DNA of 64,000 nt, taken from positions 1 through 64,000 of the forward strand of contig CAVVUS010000033.1 in assembly GCA_963751345.1 (NCBI GenBank). The letters are read 5' to 3'. Shown one piece after another: positions 63,545 to 64,000 of the stretch. A program made the translations under genes and the position numbers. Each line of letters starts with the position of its first letter. The first letter of the stretch is position 1. The notes beneath the pieces are model-generated. The model was not told the DNA's origin, did no database searches, and saw only the letters and a list, made by a program, of their open reading frames with translations. The stretch comes from an uncultured Chloroflexia bacterium. GTDB taxonomy: Bacteria > Chloroflexota > Anaerolineae > B4-G1 > SLSP01.

Positions 63545-64000
63545 ATGGATCCTCGTGTGACGTCGGCAAGGCTCAAGGTGGTGGGGGTGCAGGGCGTCGT
63601 GCGGCTAGACCAGGACACGACCCCGCAACTCGGGAGGCTCTACGACCGGCTTCTTGGGCTGCTGACCAAGATTCCCGATATCCGCAGGCCCTACAGGACG
63701 GTCGGCTACTGGCAGTTCGTGCAGGATCAGGTCCGGCTTTACTTTGCCGCGGTTGAGGTGGATGCCTTCGCGCGGTTCAGATGGGACGCCAAGTCCGGGT
63801 TGGTGGCCTGGGACCTCGGCGCGACGACGTGGGCGATCTGGACAGAGCGCAACGGAGAGGAGGGATCGCTCAGGGCGAGCGGTGCCTGCTGGGACTGGAT
63901 GGCGGGCTCGACCTACCACTACGACAGCCGTTTCCTGGGCGACTTCGAGGTCTTCTACTGGCGCACGTTGGGGCGCGAGCCCCAGTCATCGTTTCACGAG
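63545..64000 (+). CDS. Probable GyrI-like effector-binding protein (runs off window)
   Basis: Open frame from ATG 63545 to the end: LKVVGV..YFAAVEV..WDWMAGSTY..DFEVF. Confidence 0.55.
   Translation, partial: MDPRVTSARLKVVGVQGVVRLDQDTTPQLGRLYDRLLGLLTKIPDIRRPYRTVGYWQFVQDQVRLYFAAVEVDAFARFRWDAKSGLVAWDLGATTWAIWTERNGEEGSLRASGACWDWMAGSTYHYDSRFLGDFEVFYWRTLGREPQSSFHE

Noticed and set aside
1-64000. More than 20 frameshifts suggesting mass pseudogenisation or programmed frameshifting
   Set aside because: Single-base indels hit unrelated, otherwise intact genes (ftsH, galM, permeases) with no shared slippery motif; long-read error is the simplest explanation and needs read polishing to confirm

Overview
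High-GC bacterial chromosomal window, most likely Chloroflexota (Anaerolineae-like). This is inferred from C-terminal [YF]LPL/I-xx-R tails, Pro/Thr/Ala-rich lipoproteins and the intergenic repeat types. Many genes are split by 1-nt indels, best explained as long-read errors. From left to right: (1) an IclR-headed minus-strand operon with three M19-like amidohydrolase paralogs, a Dpp/Opp ABC transporter, a hydantoin-racemase-like enzyme and a nitroreductase (1-12.6 kb); (2) two GNATs, a HAD and a rhodanese; (3) a ~1,700-aa secreted gingipain-like (C25) protein; (4) FtsH, a PRC/BON protein, a DUF2807 lipoprotein and an MFS transporter; (5) the most interesting part (28-40 kb), a divergent locus whose two promoters have mirror-image SARP-type architecture (TCACACG x2 at 11 bp, 9 bp spacer, TAyGCT) next to an AfsR-like SARP-STAND-TPR regulator. 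One arm is a secreted operon (putative adaptor, S74 self-cleaving fibre with a C-terminal membrane anchor, beta-helix/GH-A hydrolase). The other arm is a tiny SYLLRLW protein plus two SnoaL-like proteins; (6) an MFS / N-acyl-amino-acid racemase / M20 trio; (7) sugar-acid and glycan genes, including an Agd3-like deacetylase, GH42, SGNH and galM. Intergenic DNA holds several distinct families of REP-like palindromes. No rRNA, tRNA, CRISPR array or transposase was recognised. All calls come from reading motifs by eye; no searches were run.
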